DNA of 64,000 nucleotides from Lepidodermella squamata. Its lineage: Eukaryota > Animalia > Gastrotricha. The notes beneath the pieces were generated by a model. That model made no database searches. It was not told where the DNA came from and saw only the letters and a list, made by a program, of their open reading frames with translations. Every line of letters starts with the position of its first letter. The first letter of the stretch is position 1. The translations under genes and the position numbers were made by a program. This document shows positions 9,916-24,135 of this stretch, piece after piece. The DNA lies in assembly GCA_047495785.1 (NCBI GenBank), contig JBLDXI010000001.1, positions 496,001 to 560,000 of the forward strand. Reading direction: 5' to 3'.

Positions 9916-12900
9916 TCAAGTTGACGACACATGTGTTGTAGATGAAAGTTTGCTGGCTGAATATTGCGTCAAAAGATCCCTATGATGTGATAGGAAAATA
10001 GGCCAATTAGCAAGTAGTTAATCAAACTGAAAACAATATTTTACCTAGCTGGAACGTAGCCGAACTTGGAAGATGTAGATGCCAGTGGCCACTGCCAACT
10101 ACTTTGAGATCTTAAAGGAGCTGAATAAGCTGAGCCGCGATATAGCTGGTACCAACGTGCTGCCAGGTATCTATCGACATCATAGTTGCCAGGTCGAGAG
10201 TTGAACGCACTGTAAGATGCTCGGTAATCCGGAGCAGCTTTGGAGTAAGAACTTTCTGACAGCATATTGCTTGCGGCTATTATATCAGCTGTCGAACCTT
10301 TCAAAAAGTTTCGCTGATCGTTCTGAATCGCTTTCAACCTTTCAGCACGAATGCGGGATCGAACTGAACGCAGCAAAATTACGTTAATAGTGATCGGAAA
10401 TCGGTAGTTAAATTCAGCTTACTTTCGTTCAAATCGATGTCACTGTCTTCGTCGTCGGATAGATTGGATTTGAACATGGAAGTCGGCTGATCTATTTTTG
10501 ACGCAGATCCTTTTCGTTTTTTGGATTGTCGAGACGAAGCAGTACTGGAAACATGGCCGTGATTTGCGCCGCTGTTTTCACCGACAGACTTGTTATTATG
10601 AGGGAACAGCAAATTCTGAAATTTGAAAAACGAAAACGTTAGAAATATTACAATCGAGCTACTTGAGGTTATTAACTACTCACCAAAAGCATCTGCCGGA
10701 CTTTTTTACCATTTCTACCCAAGCCAGTGCTATCGCCATCGTCTTCCGACCCTGAGGAGGCCGGCAGTAATTCCGAAAATTTCGGGAGTTTGTCTTTGGC
10801 TGCGATTGTAAAATATTAATTTTAGTTATTGTTGTGTACTTGTATTAAGGAGCCTACGCTTTCTAGCTTTCTTGGAAGCTGTCACAGTTGAAGTTTGATC
10901 AATGGTAGTAGCATCTTCCTCTTCTTCGTCAGAATCGGTCTCCTCTTCTTCTCCCTCGGAGCTTTCGGTTTCAACGTGCCGCGAAGATTTCTTGTTTGGC
11001 GTCTTCTTTTTGCTCTTCCTTCGTTTAGACGTTGAATCCTTGCTGGCGCTTTCCGTCGATTTCACTGATGCCGTATCGTCTTTGTTCCTGATAAACGTAA
11101 TTTTGATAAGAATATAGCTGAAGCATAATTTTAACTAACGGCTTTTTATTGTCTTTCGAGCTACGATGATTGATCATTTCATCAACGGTGATCGAGCGTT
11201 GAATCCCAGCTAATTCCGCCCTCTTCTTCTCCAATGAAGCTTTCTGAAAAGAATAAAAAAATTCAAATGCGAATTTTGGCGGCGGAAATGAAATTAAAGC
11301 ATTGCTTTGCCCACTATTCTTAAATTCTCAGTTTTTCTACGAAAGTTTCCCTAAATTCCTAATTTCCTTAGGATCCTTATTCCGGGACTTAGGGCATTTC
11401 AAATATCGCCTGCATTCAGAAAAGGCAGACGATATTGTTGAATTCTCGAAACGTCTCGCAGAAATATGGCTGTTCCAGTTCAGTAACTCCGTAATGCAGA
11501 TTCGTCGATCGTTTCCAGCAACTGCCCACTGAATCCCCACCGCTTTTCAAAGCCCAAACCGCTATAATTTCGCACAATTAATTTGTTTATTGCTTCATCG
11601 TCTTGTGCTGTCAAATAATGCAAACGCAGTTATGACGACGCGGAACCGAGTTCCAAAGAGACGCTTAGCCTGATGACCCAGAGCTTTATGGTCTTCCCAC
11701 TGTGGTGATGCCCAATGATAGGATAGGATAGGATAGGAACTCGTTTCTTAAATCTAAATTAGTTGATGACACAAACCTGGTTAGCAATTTTAGATTCTTC
11801 TTTAAGGATGTCCTCGGTAATTCGGCGGATTTCGTCCAGCTTTGATTTCAACTGTTGCTCTTTTTCGTTCAGTTTTCGGTCTAAATCATCCAAATCTCGT
11901 TGGCGCTTAGCAACTCGATCTTCTCGAGTCTTCAAACTGTCTTCTATTCCACCAATTCTCGCCAACGCTGTTGCTCGAGCCCGCTCGCCGTCAGTCTTGG
12001 CTTCCACCAGAAGTCGTTCTGTCTCGTCCGCTATCTTTCGGCGTGTTTCCTCTACCAACTCAGCAGCTTCTGACCGAGCCTTGCTGATTTCCAACTCGGC
12101 GAGCTGTTTAGCTGCTGCGATTTCACGCTCTTGATCTCGACGAATTTTCGACAGGTTATTCTCATGCTCTTCGTGCAATTCAGCTCTCCTCCTATCAAGG
12201 CTTATACCCATCTAAAAAAGGAAGCAGAATATGACTAAATAAGCCACCGAAGGAGCAGTCGATGTTAATACCTCAGATTCAAGAACTCGGACAGAAGACA
12301 CTCTTTGCTCGGCAGCCCTGACTTCTGCGCGCTTTGCTTCTTGCTCCCTGAAATTAGCCTCCTCTAACTCAGTTCGTAGCTTTGCCATTTCCTGAGAGTA
12401 ATCACAGAATACAGAGAGAAATCGCAGGATATAACAATAAAAATTACCGACTCATGCAGAGCTGCCATTTCTTTTCGAATGGTGGCGACACGCGTGGCGT
12501 ATTCGCTCTCAATCAGTGACTTTTCCTTCATTAGACGACGTTCGACTTCACCTTCCACATCAGCCCTTGCCGCTGCTAATCGCCTGGAAACTTCGTCCTC
12601 GCGATTTTCCAGCATTTTTTGCTCTGAGTCAACGGCTTTTGATGCCTGTGATCTCAACTGTTCGATTTTAAGGCGAGACTCCTCCTCGATTTCTTTTTTC
12701 GCCGCTTCTAGTTCTCTGGTTTGCTCGGTTTTCAGCTCAGCTTGCTTTTTAACTGATTCAGCCATTTCATCACGCAGCTTCTTTACCTTCTCAGCAGTCT
12801 CTGTTTTGAGCTGCTCTTCCTCCTTAGCATATTTCTCTTCCAGTTCTGTTTTCAGCTGCCGGATTTTTGAGTCATGCTCCTACATAGAATGAAAAAGTAG

Positions 12901-14390
12901 AATTAAATTATGGTGTGATAGGTTGTCATTACCTCGAGTAATTCAAGCTGTACATTGTGAAATTGAGCTTTCAGGCGAGCTTCGAGCTCAGCTGGCTCAC
13001 GCTGTCCTAAATGCTCGCTCAGATCGAAACTGGTAGCAGTCATCGATTGGCCCACACCCCGTGCCGATTCTGGCATCGCTGTCGGATTCCGAGGACGGCC
13101 CACAGCACCACTGTTAGTTGTCAGTAATTCGCCAAGGCCCTCTCCGTGAGAATACTGACTAGTGCCGGTTTCGTGATCCCCTGTCGAGCCAAGATTCGCA
13201 AGCTCTGGTTCGAAGCTCTCCTTTGACAGCATGAATGACAAATGTCGATCATCGCCTTCGTCGCCAAAATTAACGTCCTCTTCGTAGTCGTCTTCATAGT
13301 CGGCTTGCTCTTGGGGAACTTGAGCCGAAGCATGAGGGGATACTGGAGATCCAATCTATCAAAAGCGATGGCAATCAATTTTAATTCAAGTAAAATCCCA
13401 GTAGCTCAACGTACCTGCTCGTCAAGATCGAACATTAACCTTTCTTCTCGACCTCCGCTGCCGTAAGCGTCCTCGTCATTTGTCTTTTTAGACTTTAGAA
13501 AGCGCTTTCCATCCTCCTACATAATTCAACGGCTTCGTTAAACCTGGGATGAGTCAATAAAACCAGTACTACCTTGATCGGGCTTGGAGCGTTGACTTTT
13601 GCGTCGGGAGGTAGGGTGTTCGCCAAGTTGCCATGTCTACTCTGAGAAGCACCAGGAACGGGAAATGGCTGAGTCTGTTAAGAAAATCTGACACTAAGGA
13701 ATCAAAGTGCAATTCGAAAAAGACTTACGCGAGACTCTAAAGGGCTGACATGCCCAGATAAATTTCTCCCTTTAGATTTTGCTATTGGAATGAGTTATAA
13801 TATACTTTTGAGCGGATGATGTTAATAATAATATGAAGTCATACATTTCAATTTCTCACGCTCTTCTGCCACTTTCTTCGAATAAAATTCATCCAATGGA
13901 TGATCCCACTGGGACTCTCCGGTTACAAAATTGAAGCTGAATAAATTAAACAATAGGTTAACGTGAAATATTCGCTTCAAGCAAATTCAAACATACTAGT
14001 ACAACTCATCGCTATTAGTGTCACGACTGCAAATCGAAAAAACTTTGAACACCTTGTGGCAAACAGAAATTATTTAAAACGAACCAAGCTTTCCTGTAGA
14101 AAAAGTAACTGTCAGAAAGAACGCGAAAGACATTATTTGTAAATACCAAGGTTTAGGAATAGGAGCTCTCATCCCTTCCTCAGCAATCCATAAAAGCTCC
14201 TTCTCCTTGTCGAAATCGATGCCGATAACTTCACAGTACGTGCGAATAACTGATTGAAAAACACATTAATTATAAGTCGATTTCGTGTTGTTTTCTTTTC
14301 CATACCTTCATCGTTTATTTCAACGTTATCGACGTCACCCTCGTAAACAACTTGATCGGCAATTCGCTGCTCGCCTGTGAACTGGGCCAT
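9916..14390 (-). CDS. CEP164: Centrosomal protein CEP164-like (N-terminal WW domain, long coiled coil), multi-exon
   Basis: Spliced N-terminus EEVIRTYCEVIGIDFDKEKELLWIAEEGMRAPIPKPWKACRDTNSDELYYFNFVTGESQWDHPLDEFY is the CEP164 signature, followed by E/K/R-rich coiled-coil exons. The last exon (stop at 9916) is tentative; the alternative stop is at 10041. Confidence 0.85.
11717..11738 (+). repeat. (GATAG)4 microsatellite in an enlarged CEP164 intron
   Basis: gataggataggataggatagga read directly. Confidence 0.9.
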
Positions 14391-14843
14391 CCAAGTTATT
14401 CCATTTTAAGATACCTACAACAGGGTACAGCAAATAATTTTTAAAATGAGAGCTATGATCGATTATTATATGTCTGGTCCACTCGAATATGATAATCGAT
14501 CCATTCACGATCCACTCGCTTGCAGTATGGAAAGGAACAATAGGTATGTTGGGAATTTCGTCATTATCACAACCATATGAGCCCAGCCAGGTTTCGTCCA
14601 CGGACAAAGCTATGAAGACTACACTCTCAAAGAGGACAGGGCCTTGTGATTGCTGGCACTTTCAGACTGGTGCCGTTTCGTGAATAAGCAGCTGCCAATC
14701 GATCGGTGGCCAAAATTAGGAGAGCAGGAGAGAGGAGGATGCCAAGTCGCGAAGGACGCCGCCATACCAAACATGACATATGTAATTTAAATTAGTGTAA
14801 AAAATTTTGAAAACTATTTTTTATTTATTTACTGAATTTTTGT

Positions 14844-14856
14844 GTTACCAGGCAAT
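14844..14856. promoter_or_regulatory. Candidate RFX X-box between divergent CEP164 and ANKAR
   Basis: GTTACC-A-GGCAAT differs by one base from the GTNRCC(N0-3)RGYAAC consensus. It overlaps a possible plus-strand splice acceptor. Confidence 0.35.
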
Positions 14857-15721
14857 TGACGCCTCCCTGTAAAGCCTGCGTCCATCGTCCACATGTGTGC
14901 GAAGTCACCTGAGTGCCTGGGCGAGGGGCGATTGTGCCTCAAGGCCCAAGTAAATCTTACCCACATAGCGGGTTCTAAATCATCAAATTGACGCCCAAAC
15001 ATATCGTCGGATGACTGGTGACTGGGCTTATGATTCCATCCATCCTCGTGTTGTCTCGTGTAGCACCTGTCCAACTTCGAACTCATCGAATAGTTAGTTG
15101 AAACCAAAGACTGAGGTGAATCCGGAATTCCCCTGCTCCGGCAAAGTTAGCCTGAAGGCCCCGCAATCGGATAGCACTACGCAAGACCGTCTTTTCTGCT
15201 CGAATGCGACTCGAAGACATAATAGAGTCAGACTGAGCCTTTCATTCGAAGCTGACAAGCTCGACGTATAGTCGTAACGCCGCCTACCTTTGTCCACGAG
15301 TTTTCCCTGTGGAACAGATAGAACATAGCTCATAGCTCTATCTTGCACAAATATATCTTGCATAAATATTCGTATTCTGTTTTGCCATCTATGCACCTAA
15401 CGCTGAAGTATAGGTAGGTGTGTGTCTCAAACGTAATCACCAGCTTTGGTAGTAGGGTGTAACATATATTTATGCATGCGTTCGCCCAACTCATGGTTCG
15501 CATTCCTTTATCCTGGCTTCATCTTCTTGGAAAATATATCAGCGCTATTGGAAGCCAACGAGCTTCCTTACTGGATTTTGTCTGGTTTAATAAATCAACT
15601 CATCAGAAAAAGTTAGACGCGTCGTTTTCGCTTGCAATCGCTACTGCCACCTTGTTTTTCATATCTAGAACGTATTACTGTTGTTTGTATTCTAGCTTCA
15701 TGTAAAGCCCTGCGTGATCTA

Positions 15722-18700
15722 ATGGCGGCGAATGAAACATCCGTTCTACTGGAGGAGGATCCTTTCGCCAATATATTTGAGCGATATGAAAAGCATGAAC
15801 AGCAAGAGCTGGTCATTCATCAGCTGACAAACTGGAATACTCTGCTATCGCAAGAATGCAAGTAAGTCAATCAAGTAATTTAGTGAATATTATTTTACTT
15901 GAGAATGATTCGATATGAAGAGAAACCTACTTCGAAGGGTTAGGTTGAGCTTTAGATGGGACCTGAATTTATTTACAATATTACCGGCTTGAATTACCTG
16001 CCTCGTGATAATAACGTTACATTCCATTGAAACTAAGAAATACTAAGTGCATGATGAATCATAAAATTCTGATTAAATAAGGTTTCGCATCGTCGAAAGG
16101 TATGTTGTAAATAACGTTGACAGAAACAAGTGATGTATAATTACGCACCATTTAGTGCGCGACAAATGGAGAGGTTTGTCTTTGCTCACCACTTTGCAAC
16201 CTTATACCCCAGGATTCGAAATACCCTCCACGAGCTTCCTAATGTGCAAGCCTAATGATCCTAACAGCGCTAAAATCGATTAACTCTATAAATTGTTGTC
16301 ATACGCGATACATAAAATTTTTATTACAGATTTTCGACAGACCCCATGTTTGGCCTAGTAGAGTCGAAAGCCGATTGTTTTGTCAGTGGCTCAGAATGCA
16401 TTGTGTTGATGCCAGTGGATGAATCTTTTCCAGAACCGTAATAATTTTATTTTAAGTGATCATTGCCGAAACTGATTGATATTATTTCTTCAGGTATGAC
16501 ATGCGCGATTTTCATACAATTTTGAAGGACTTGACCTGCGGAATATTTGCCTTCAACCAACCTCCGGGCATTACATTGGAGCCCAATTATGATCTGACGA
16601 GTAATTGCTCGTTTCCTCCGGCTTACCTTGACACTCTTACTGGAAGAGTTTTGGTTGAGTTCGATTACTGGATCAAATCGCTGTGGCACGGTGTGCATAT
16701 GGATCGAGAGGCTAGGATGCGAGTTATGGACAAATGGCGCGAATTAGAGAATGAAGCGAAACCAGAAAACATTGACATCCTCGTAGAATCGGCCGGACAG
16801 GTAACTATATAGGCTTGTTTCATTATTGCGAATTCAAAATGTAATTCTCAAGGGTCTAACGGACCTTGCGAAAGATCCACTTTATGCGGAATATTATTCG
16901 AAACTACCCATTGAACATCCACTTGATGACGAAATGGCGCAAGATCGTCAATTATTCGAGTCTTTCTTAGAAAACATTAGCCTTCGAATGGTACTAATGG
17001 CCGGTTCTTTTGAGCATTGCGGAAACATTTTAATCTGCGAGGGTGTCGAAAACTTCATTGATATTATCATTCGCGCCATGGACGATGAAGTAACCGTGTT
17101 CCATAATTGAAGACCTGAATTGAACTTGACCTGAATTTTTTCAGCTCGAAACTCCCGAGTATCAGAAGCTGTTTGTCCGTCTGAGTTACCATCGGGATAT
17201 CATAATGCAGGTTTGTGACGTCGATTGTTAGTAAATTTGCCTCATTTAACGACTTCGCTTGTAGAGCCTTACCAAGAAAACTCACTGGGCTAGAATGCTA
17301 TCGTTATTGAAGCTGATTTCTATTCTCACCGTGGTAGTTCAAGCTGCCAGGAATCAGCGCGCCAGAATACCAGCCATGTCCGGACTGTTCTGTCACTTAC
17401 AAGGCGAAGCGACAAAAACAGAAAGAGAACTGCCCCCTGTCGTAATTCCGAAATCTTGTGTTGCTCGCACGTTTATGAGCGCAAAACAAGCCGCGAAGTC
17501 AGGCATCTGCGCTCATTTGCACGGCGCGATCGGTTTTCAGATCGACACCGGTGATGTTACTAAAACCGATCAAATACCGCAAGATTTCATCGATGAGTTG
17601 ACGCAGGAGGCTCACCGAATCACCGAGTTGTATACGGTCGAGAGCAAGCGGCCTACGCAACAGCGATACCCGGTACCTGTTGTTAAACTGAACGGGAAAC
17701 GTTACCACGTGCTGCATATTCGGTTTGAGGAGTATTTTCCACCGCCAAATACTAAACCAGCATGGCTTGCTCATCTCATCGACGAAATAAATCGGCGAGT
17801 TAAGGACAAGGATAATTTGCAGAAGAAGCTATTGGTTCCGGATGTCGTTATTCACGACACATTCAAGCGGGTTTTTGGTTACGCGAGAGCTATTAAATGC
17901 AAGGTTAATTTTCGAAATCTTGAATTTATTACGGAAAAATAAGGTTCGAATGGGAATAATTCAGGAAGAACTAGAAGGATCGTCAGGCGTATGTCGCGTG
18001 GTTTTGAGCCTCATTTTCAGTTTGTGTGGGTTGATCATTGCTTTCATTATTTTTTACTATTTCCGGCTTGCTATTGGCCCTGTTATTTGTTATGTTATTT
18101 ACTGCTTTCTGTCAATTCAACAGAACAACGATGTCGGATTTCTATCCGCCCTGCAACGTGGCTTGCTGGCTATCTTTTATACACTACTGAAAAAAGTTCA
18201 AACTGCTCGATTATCGGCTCAAAACGAAAACGGATACGCTCTTCTGCACCTGGCAGCCATCTACAACCGCGTAAGTAGTGTTGAATAGAAGTGGTTTAAA
18301 ACTGAAGCTTTCTTCTAATAGATAAACATGGCGGCTGCATTAATCAGTCTCGGAATGGATTTCAACGCTAAACGGGGCGCGTACTCTGCTGCAAATGGTA
18401 AAAAATATAACTAAGGAAAAGTACCAAGGGGGAAAAATTGAGAATTGAAGTTGATTAGCCCTGATGGATAATTTTGAATATTCCAGCCCAAGGAAATCCG
18501 TTATTCGTGGGTAATGTACCATTCTAAGTCGAAACATATTTTTCCAGCTGTTTGCATTGGCCGTTGTGATGCTAAATTGATGTAGTTTTTGACTTGACCT
18601 CGATTGATTTTTACGTCATTCCTCTTCGACGACTTGCATGATGAACTGCTGATGAATGCCCTTAGACCTGGGATGTTTTTCCTTATTATCACTGTTATGC

Positions 18701-21700
18701 TTTTCGCTCTTATCCTCGCGAACCTCTTCGACTGAACAGATGAAAGTGTCTTAGCTGCCATGAAAGGTGGTTTTCGCGTAATTTCGGCCGAAACTTAACA
18801 GATTTCTAGCTTAAAACTAGCAATTTGATTTGCTTGTCTGTAATAGTGTTTTCGTGAAATTATGTCCCTATATCATATCCTTTGCAGCTAATATTTTAAC
18901 GTTTTGTACGTCTAATTTTACGTTTCTTAGAGGAGAGTAGAAGCTTTTCAAGATTCTAATTTATTTTCATTATGAAAAAACAGGTCCGACTGCGTTGCAC
19001 CTCGCTGCCCGGGCTGGTTCAGTCGAAGTTGTGTCTTGTTTGTCCTGCTTAGGAGGAGAATACAGCAATTGTATCACTTCGACTGATCAATTCGGCTGGA
19101 CGGCCATACACCACGCTGCTTATTTCGACCATGTCCCAATTTTGTTGATGCTACTACGGCGACTGGAAAGTGCCGGGAAACCAGTGGTCGAGCTGGAAGC
19201 TTCGGATGAAATGAAACACGTAAAGGCTTTTCTAATGTGAATCTTGGAAATAAATTTATGGTTTTTTAGACTCCGTTGTTATTAACGGCAACTTCTGGCG
19301 CGCTGACCTGCATGCAAAAATTGATAGCCATGGGCGCTGTTCGAAGTAGATACGACAAGAAAGAGAATGGCATCGTTGAACTGGCGGTTTTGCATTTTCA
19401 CACCCGAATTCTCGAATGGCTGATTCAGCAGCAATTCACCGATGTCCCGGTTTTTGACAACATGTCAAAGATGCTGAAAGTCGCCGAAGCGAATCGCAAA
19501 GATCCCGAATATATAAATAGAGCTGCCGCTGCTGCTCGTTGCCTCGACATTTTAACTTCGAAGAACCCGCAATATTGGTCGCAATTGCTCGAATCTGGTA
19601 AAAAAAAATTGGTTGATGTATCAATAAAAATACAAAAATTTACCTCAGGTGCTGTCGCGGGTTTGGTGTCTTGGCTGATTTTGCCGCCTGATGTAGCTGA
19701 GGCGGCGGCTTCACGCCGTAAAAAGAACCGAGCTTCAGCCTCTTCACGATCTTCGTCGTCAGACGAATCGCCACAAAGGCCTTCGACCCATCTCGATGTG
19801 CCATCCCGGCCTGGGGCGTTATCTTCAGACCTTAATGTCCGCAGGGCAAAGGCTAGGGAGGCGAAATTGTCGTCCGCCTTAACTGGTCTCATCAGCGCTT
19901 CGGTCTCAGCTTTATGCAACATTGGAGCGGAGCCAAGGATCCGAACAGAATTAGCTAATCTGGGAGCGGGCCAGCGATTGAGTGAGCTTCTGCTTGTTCC
20001 TGATACCAACATACAAGCTCGAGCTGCAACGGTTCTCGGCGATGTCTGCTCAGATCCTGAACAACAGGTTCGAACTTGAAATATTTCTATATTCATTTTT
20101 GGGATAAATTCTCTCTGCCACCACATTTTGAATGATTTTCTGCCGTCAAACGCCAAATTTCTATAATTTCCAGCTAAATAAAGCTTGCCAGCCATCAGTT
20201 TGTGTTCTAATGATGAAATGTAATTCAGAATATTGATAAAGACGAAACATGCCTTCAGGTGAGTGTTATTAAACAGCGGCCTACCATGCTGTCTTGATGT
20301 AGTCATTCTATTCTTACTAACTATCAGAAGTGAACAACACTTTCGAACGCTTTAGTAGATCACATCGATAGTTGCAAATTTAGCCAAAACACTTGTCGAC
20401 TCAAATTTCCGTTCGGTTCATTTTTTATTTCACTTTCTAGATCAGAATAGCTCATTTTTCATCTTTCCCCACTTTACTAATTTTTTCCTTTCCTCTGAAT
20501 TTCCGCCGACAAAAGGGCCGTCGTCATGATGAAAGCTTGGCGGTTGGTAAAACAGTGTTTTTATGATACTTTTTCGCGTGAGGCGATGCCGATAGAATCA
20601 ATAGATGACGTTGAATGTTTTCAAGCTTTTCCGAAGTAGATTTAGATGGCGAGGAATTGCGTGCTATTTTTGCTTTTGTCTTTTTTAAATTTACTTACTA
20701 AATGTGCTTACACTCTCTATAATTTTTTCAGTGTCGTTTGGCGGATGTCGCGTTTCGAAATCTTGTTCCTTTGTTGTTTGAATCGAGCGAAGACGTGCTC
20801 GTCGCTGCTGTGAATGCCTTGAGATTTCTCGTCACTGGGAATCCCATCAACCAATCTCGAATCGCGACATTTAGCGTAGAAGCCGTTCAGGCAATCGTCG
20901 ATTTTCTTGCGGTCGGTGAGAGTAACTCGCTACGAGGAGCGGCCGCTGCTTGTATCGCCGCTCTGGCAGCCGGCCATGCCGATAACCAAACTTTGCTGTT
21001 GGACCTAAACGCCGCACCGCCTTTAGTCACATTACTTCGAGCGCGGAATGTCAGCGTGGCCGTTCGAGCGGCAGCTGCTGTGGCGGCTATGGCTGCAGAT
21101 AATCCACGATGCCAACAGCGGTTGTTCGAGCTAGACGCTGCGAAGCCACTTGTTCGAGTTTTGAAGGTATAGTTACATTCCTTTTAATTTTACATGGTGA
21201 AATTCAACTATGATGATCGTGAATAATCGTGAAGCTCCTTTCGCCGGTAAAAAATTCAATTTCACAGTAAACTTGGTTCAATACGATTGAGTTTCTGTAG
21301 ATCACCGCGATAATTTCCCATAAAATGATCTCAATTTTCGCATGTTGATATCACATTGATGGCTGATTTTGATTTATATGAAAGATGGTCTTTGTGCCGC
21401 TTGGCACAACAAGTGACGATGAAGCTGAGGATAAGCATGAGGATAAGAATAGAACTCATGAAATTACGGTGGGTCGACTTCGTAGTCGTTTGATTATTAT
21501 TACTACTGTTTGCGGTTGCTTTTAATATCTCTCGCAGATTCGCTTAAACATCCTTTTTAGTGAGCATCATAAATTATTTCTCTCTGCATTCTGGCTTGTC
21601 CAACATCACAGTTTATTTTAATGTCTTCAAACTGACACAATTCTCGCTTTTCAGCACATTTTTTGTTCCGCATCTGCTTATTCGGCTCTTTTAATGGAAT

Positions 21701-23271
21701 TATTGCTGCTTTTCAGGCTTGGTCACTTGAAGTCAAGGAGCAAACGATGACGGCACTTTGGGCGCTGGCTGGTCATACAGTCGCTCAGAGACGCCGGGTT
21801 GCCGAGTTGATTTCCCTGCAAACATTGGTCGAATTGCTGATAACCGAATCGGACCCTCTTCGCCGCCACAGTGCCTTCGCCGTCGCTGCGTTTTGTCGCG
21901 AAGACCGCGTTCGCCAGTTGGAGGTTTTCCGTTGCAACGCCGTCCAGCCAATTTTGCGGCTGGTTCGAGCATTCCACAAAGTCTCAGAGGAGACGCTAGT
22001 CTTGCTCATAGAGGCCTTAGGCGCCCTCTGCTATTTGCCAGCCTTTACAGCTAACGAAGTATCTCAACGGAAACTTTTCGAAGAAGGCGCCTTCAAAGAT
22101 TTATTACGTCTGCTGATCGCTAACATTCCACCTGCTAATACACAGCTAGTCCGTGTTACGATTTTGAAAACGCTATCGCTGATGACTCTATCTCAAGCCG
22201 AGTTGCGCGGCATTTTATTCAACGCGCTCGGTTTCAAATTGGAACCCTTGCTGAGCCTTGTGTCTAATCTTTCCGAAGATCCGGTGATTCGCCTGTGCGC
22301 CTGCCAAGCCCTAACAACGTTTTCTCTCCACAACTCGCCGCTACAGCTGAAAATTTCCGAACTAGGCGGCCTTCGCTACGAGGTGTTTGCGCCGTTTTTG
22401 AACGCTGCCGGCTGGAACGAACGTTGTCAAGCTGCATTCCAGATAGTCCTGCTTAGCCGCATTGTTTCAGATGCTGATCAAGTTGCGTTGACAGCGGCTG
22501 GCGTGCTAGTTTTAGTCCAGGCTCTTGGCATTGATGGCGATTGCAATTTACTCACGTCAGCTTGTAACCTAATTGCTACGTTGTGCCACGCTCGTTCGGG
22601 TGTAAGCGATGCCTTCATCTCTGCCGGAGTGCTACAGCCGTTGATTTTTCACCTAATGAACGATGGAGTCGAATCGCAAGAAAACAAGAATAAACCACCC
22701 ACGATGACTCAACAAGTCCTAGGCGTAATGAATGATGGGAATAGCAAGGCGGATAATGGTACATCTCTCATTGAAGAGGTTCAACAATCATCCGCCATCG
22801 CTCTATCGTAAGTCTATTTTGTGGATATTTCGAAAATTTAATTCCACGATAATTCATCCGAAGGTTTTTCACACGAAATCGCACTGCTAGGCGGCTTCTG
22901 TTATCTGAGTGTAGAAAGCATCCCGAGATCTACAACCGGCTTTCCAAGTTGGTAATTGCTGCTGGTTTCAAATTTGATGATGAGTTCGAAGCTGAATATG
23001 CTGCGATTGCTGCGCATCATCTGACAATAGGGCGGCCTGGAGCTACTAGCCGAGCGTAAGCCATGTTACCCATAAAACATTTTACATGTTGATGATGCCC
23101 TTTTTTAGTGAGAGCCTAATGTCTCGCTCTACAACCAACTTGTTCGGAGCAGATAAAGCGAATGAAGCGAACGCGAGGCCAAAGACCGCCGCAAGTTCAA
23201 AGCAAAGTGTCATCAGCAGCGTCAGCTCGACTACTGCTAGTAGAGCTAGCAAAAAAGCCACAAATTCCTAA
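15722..23271 (+). CDS. ANKAR: Ankyrin and armadillo repeat-containing protein, multi-exon
   Basis: The N-terminal block FAFNQPPGITLEPNYDLTSNCSFPPAYLDT..G.VLVEFDYWIKSLWHG is characteristic of ANKAR. It is followed by ankyrin repeats (GYALLHLAA, GPTALHLAA, GWTAIHHAA) and many ARM repeats. Confidence 0.9.
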
Positions 23272-24135
23272 CAATAAACATGATACCCTGACAAATATAT
23301 CCTTTGATAATCACTTGAGCATGCTATTTTCTTATTACTGATTATTAGTTTTGATACCAATTTGTTGTAGCTGAAGCAACCCGAGATTATTTTAATATTA
23401 TCTACCTTTTCGTATATTATTCTACCTTCGCGAATAATCGGTGTTTCTCCAATCTGTCAAATGCGTACGGTGTTTAGAGTAATACAAGGACTTCTACGTA
23501 TTATACCTTTTCCTATGATTTTTTAATCCTGTCGACGCTTCAATTTCTCGTGCGTTTCTATTTTAATTGTGCATCTATCTCTCACACCCATCGCAGTCAT
23601 TCCTTTCGATCCCAGCTATTTATACGCCTCGTTTAATGCTGGATATTTGGGAAAACTGTACCCAGTTCGGCCGCTGAAAACAATAAAACAATATTTTGTA
23701 CCTGATTCTTGTCCGTTCTCGTTTCAGCTCTTTTGGAGTTCCCTATAGCCTGTTTCTATCTGATTCCAAGATCAGCAAATAGCTCCGGTTTCGGTCTCTG
23801 ATGCATTTACAGAGCTAGCCATCTGCTATAATCTGTCTTAATGATGTTTTCACTAACAAGAAGAGGCGAAGTAGCAGAGATGGCTCGTTGGTGAACAACA
23901 GGTCCGATTTGCTAATTTACAACAGGCTTTTATACTGCGCGCAGAGATCCTGGTCCTATTCTCGTGATTTACATGCCATTTGTGAATGTTTTCCATGCTT
24001 CTATGGAAAAAAGTACAGTCCGCATACGGCAAATTGAAATAGAATACGGAAAATTGGATATTTTCGCTTTAATTTGACACTGAGTGAAACTGGAAATGTA
24101 TATTCTATTTCTGCTAAGTTCTGAATTGTCTGCTA

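Noticed and set aside
18639-18735. ATGATGA...CTGA pair in an ANKAR intron, and other isolated ATGATGA motifs (16051, 20527, 21210)
   Set aside because: No terminal stem, paralog or recognisable guide, and not at the typical distance from an acceptor. The motif is common in this AT-rich DNA.
18875-18883. ATATCCTTT U12-type donor-like motif (also near 23296 and 49075)
   Set aside because: None lies at an exon boundary required by the gene models, and no matching U12 branch site was seen.
19425-20306. 293-aa minus-strand ORF and many similar antisense ORFs (for example 12479-12892, 26085-26519, 37958-38416, 58902-59441)
   Set aside because: They are shadows of real coding exons on the opposite strand and show no recognisable motifs.
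23674-23701. 28-nt GT-AG intron-like segment on the minus strand downstream of ANKAR
   Set aside because: It is shorter than the other introns here, and the upstream flank has stops in all three frames.
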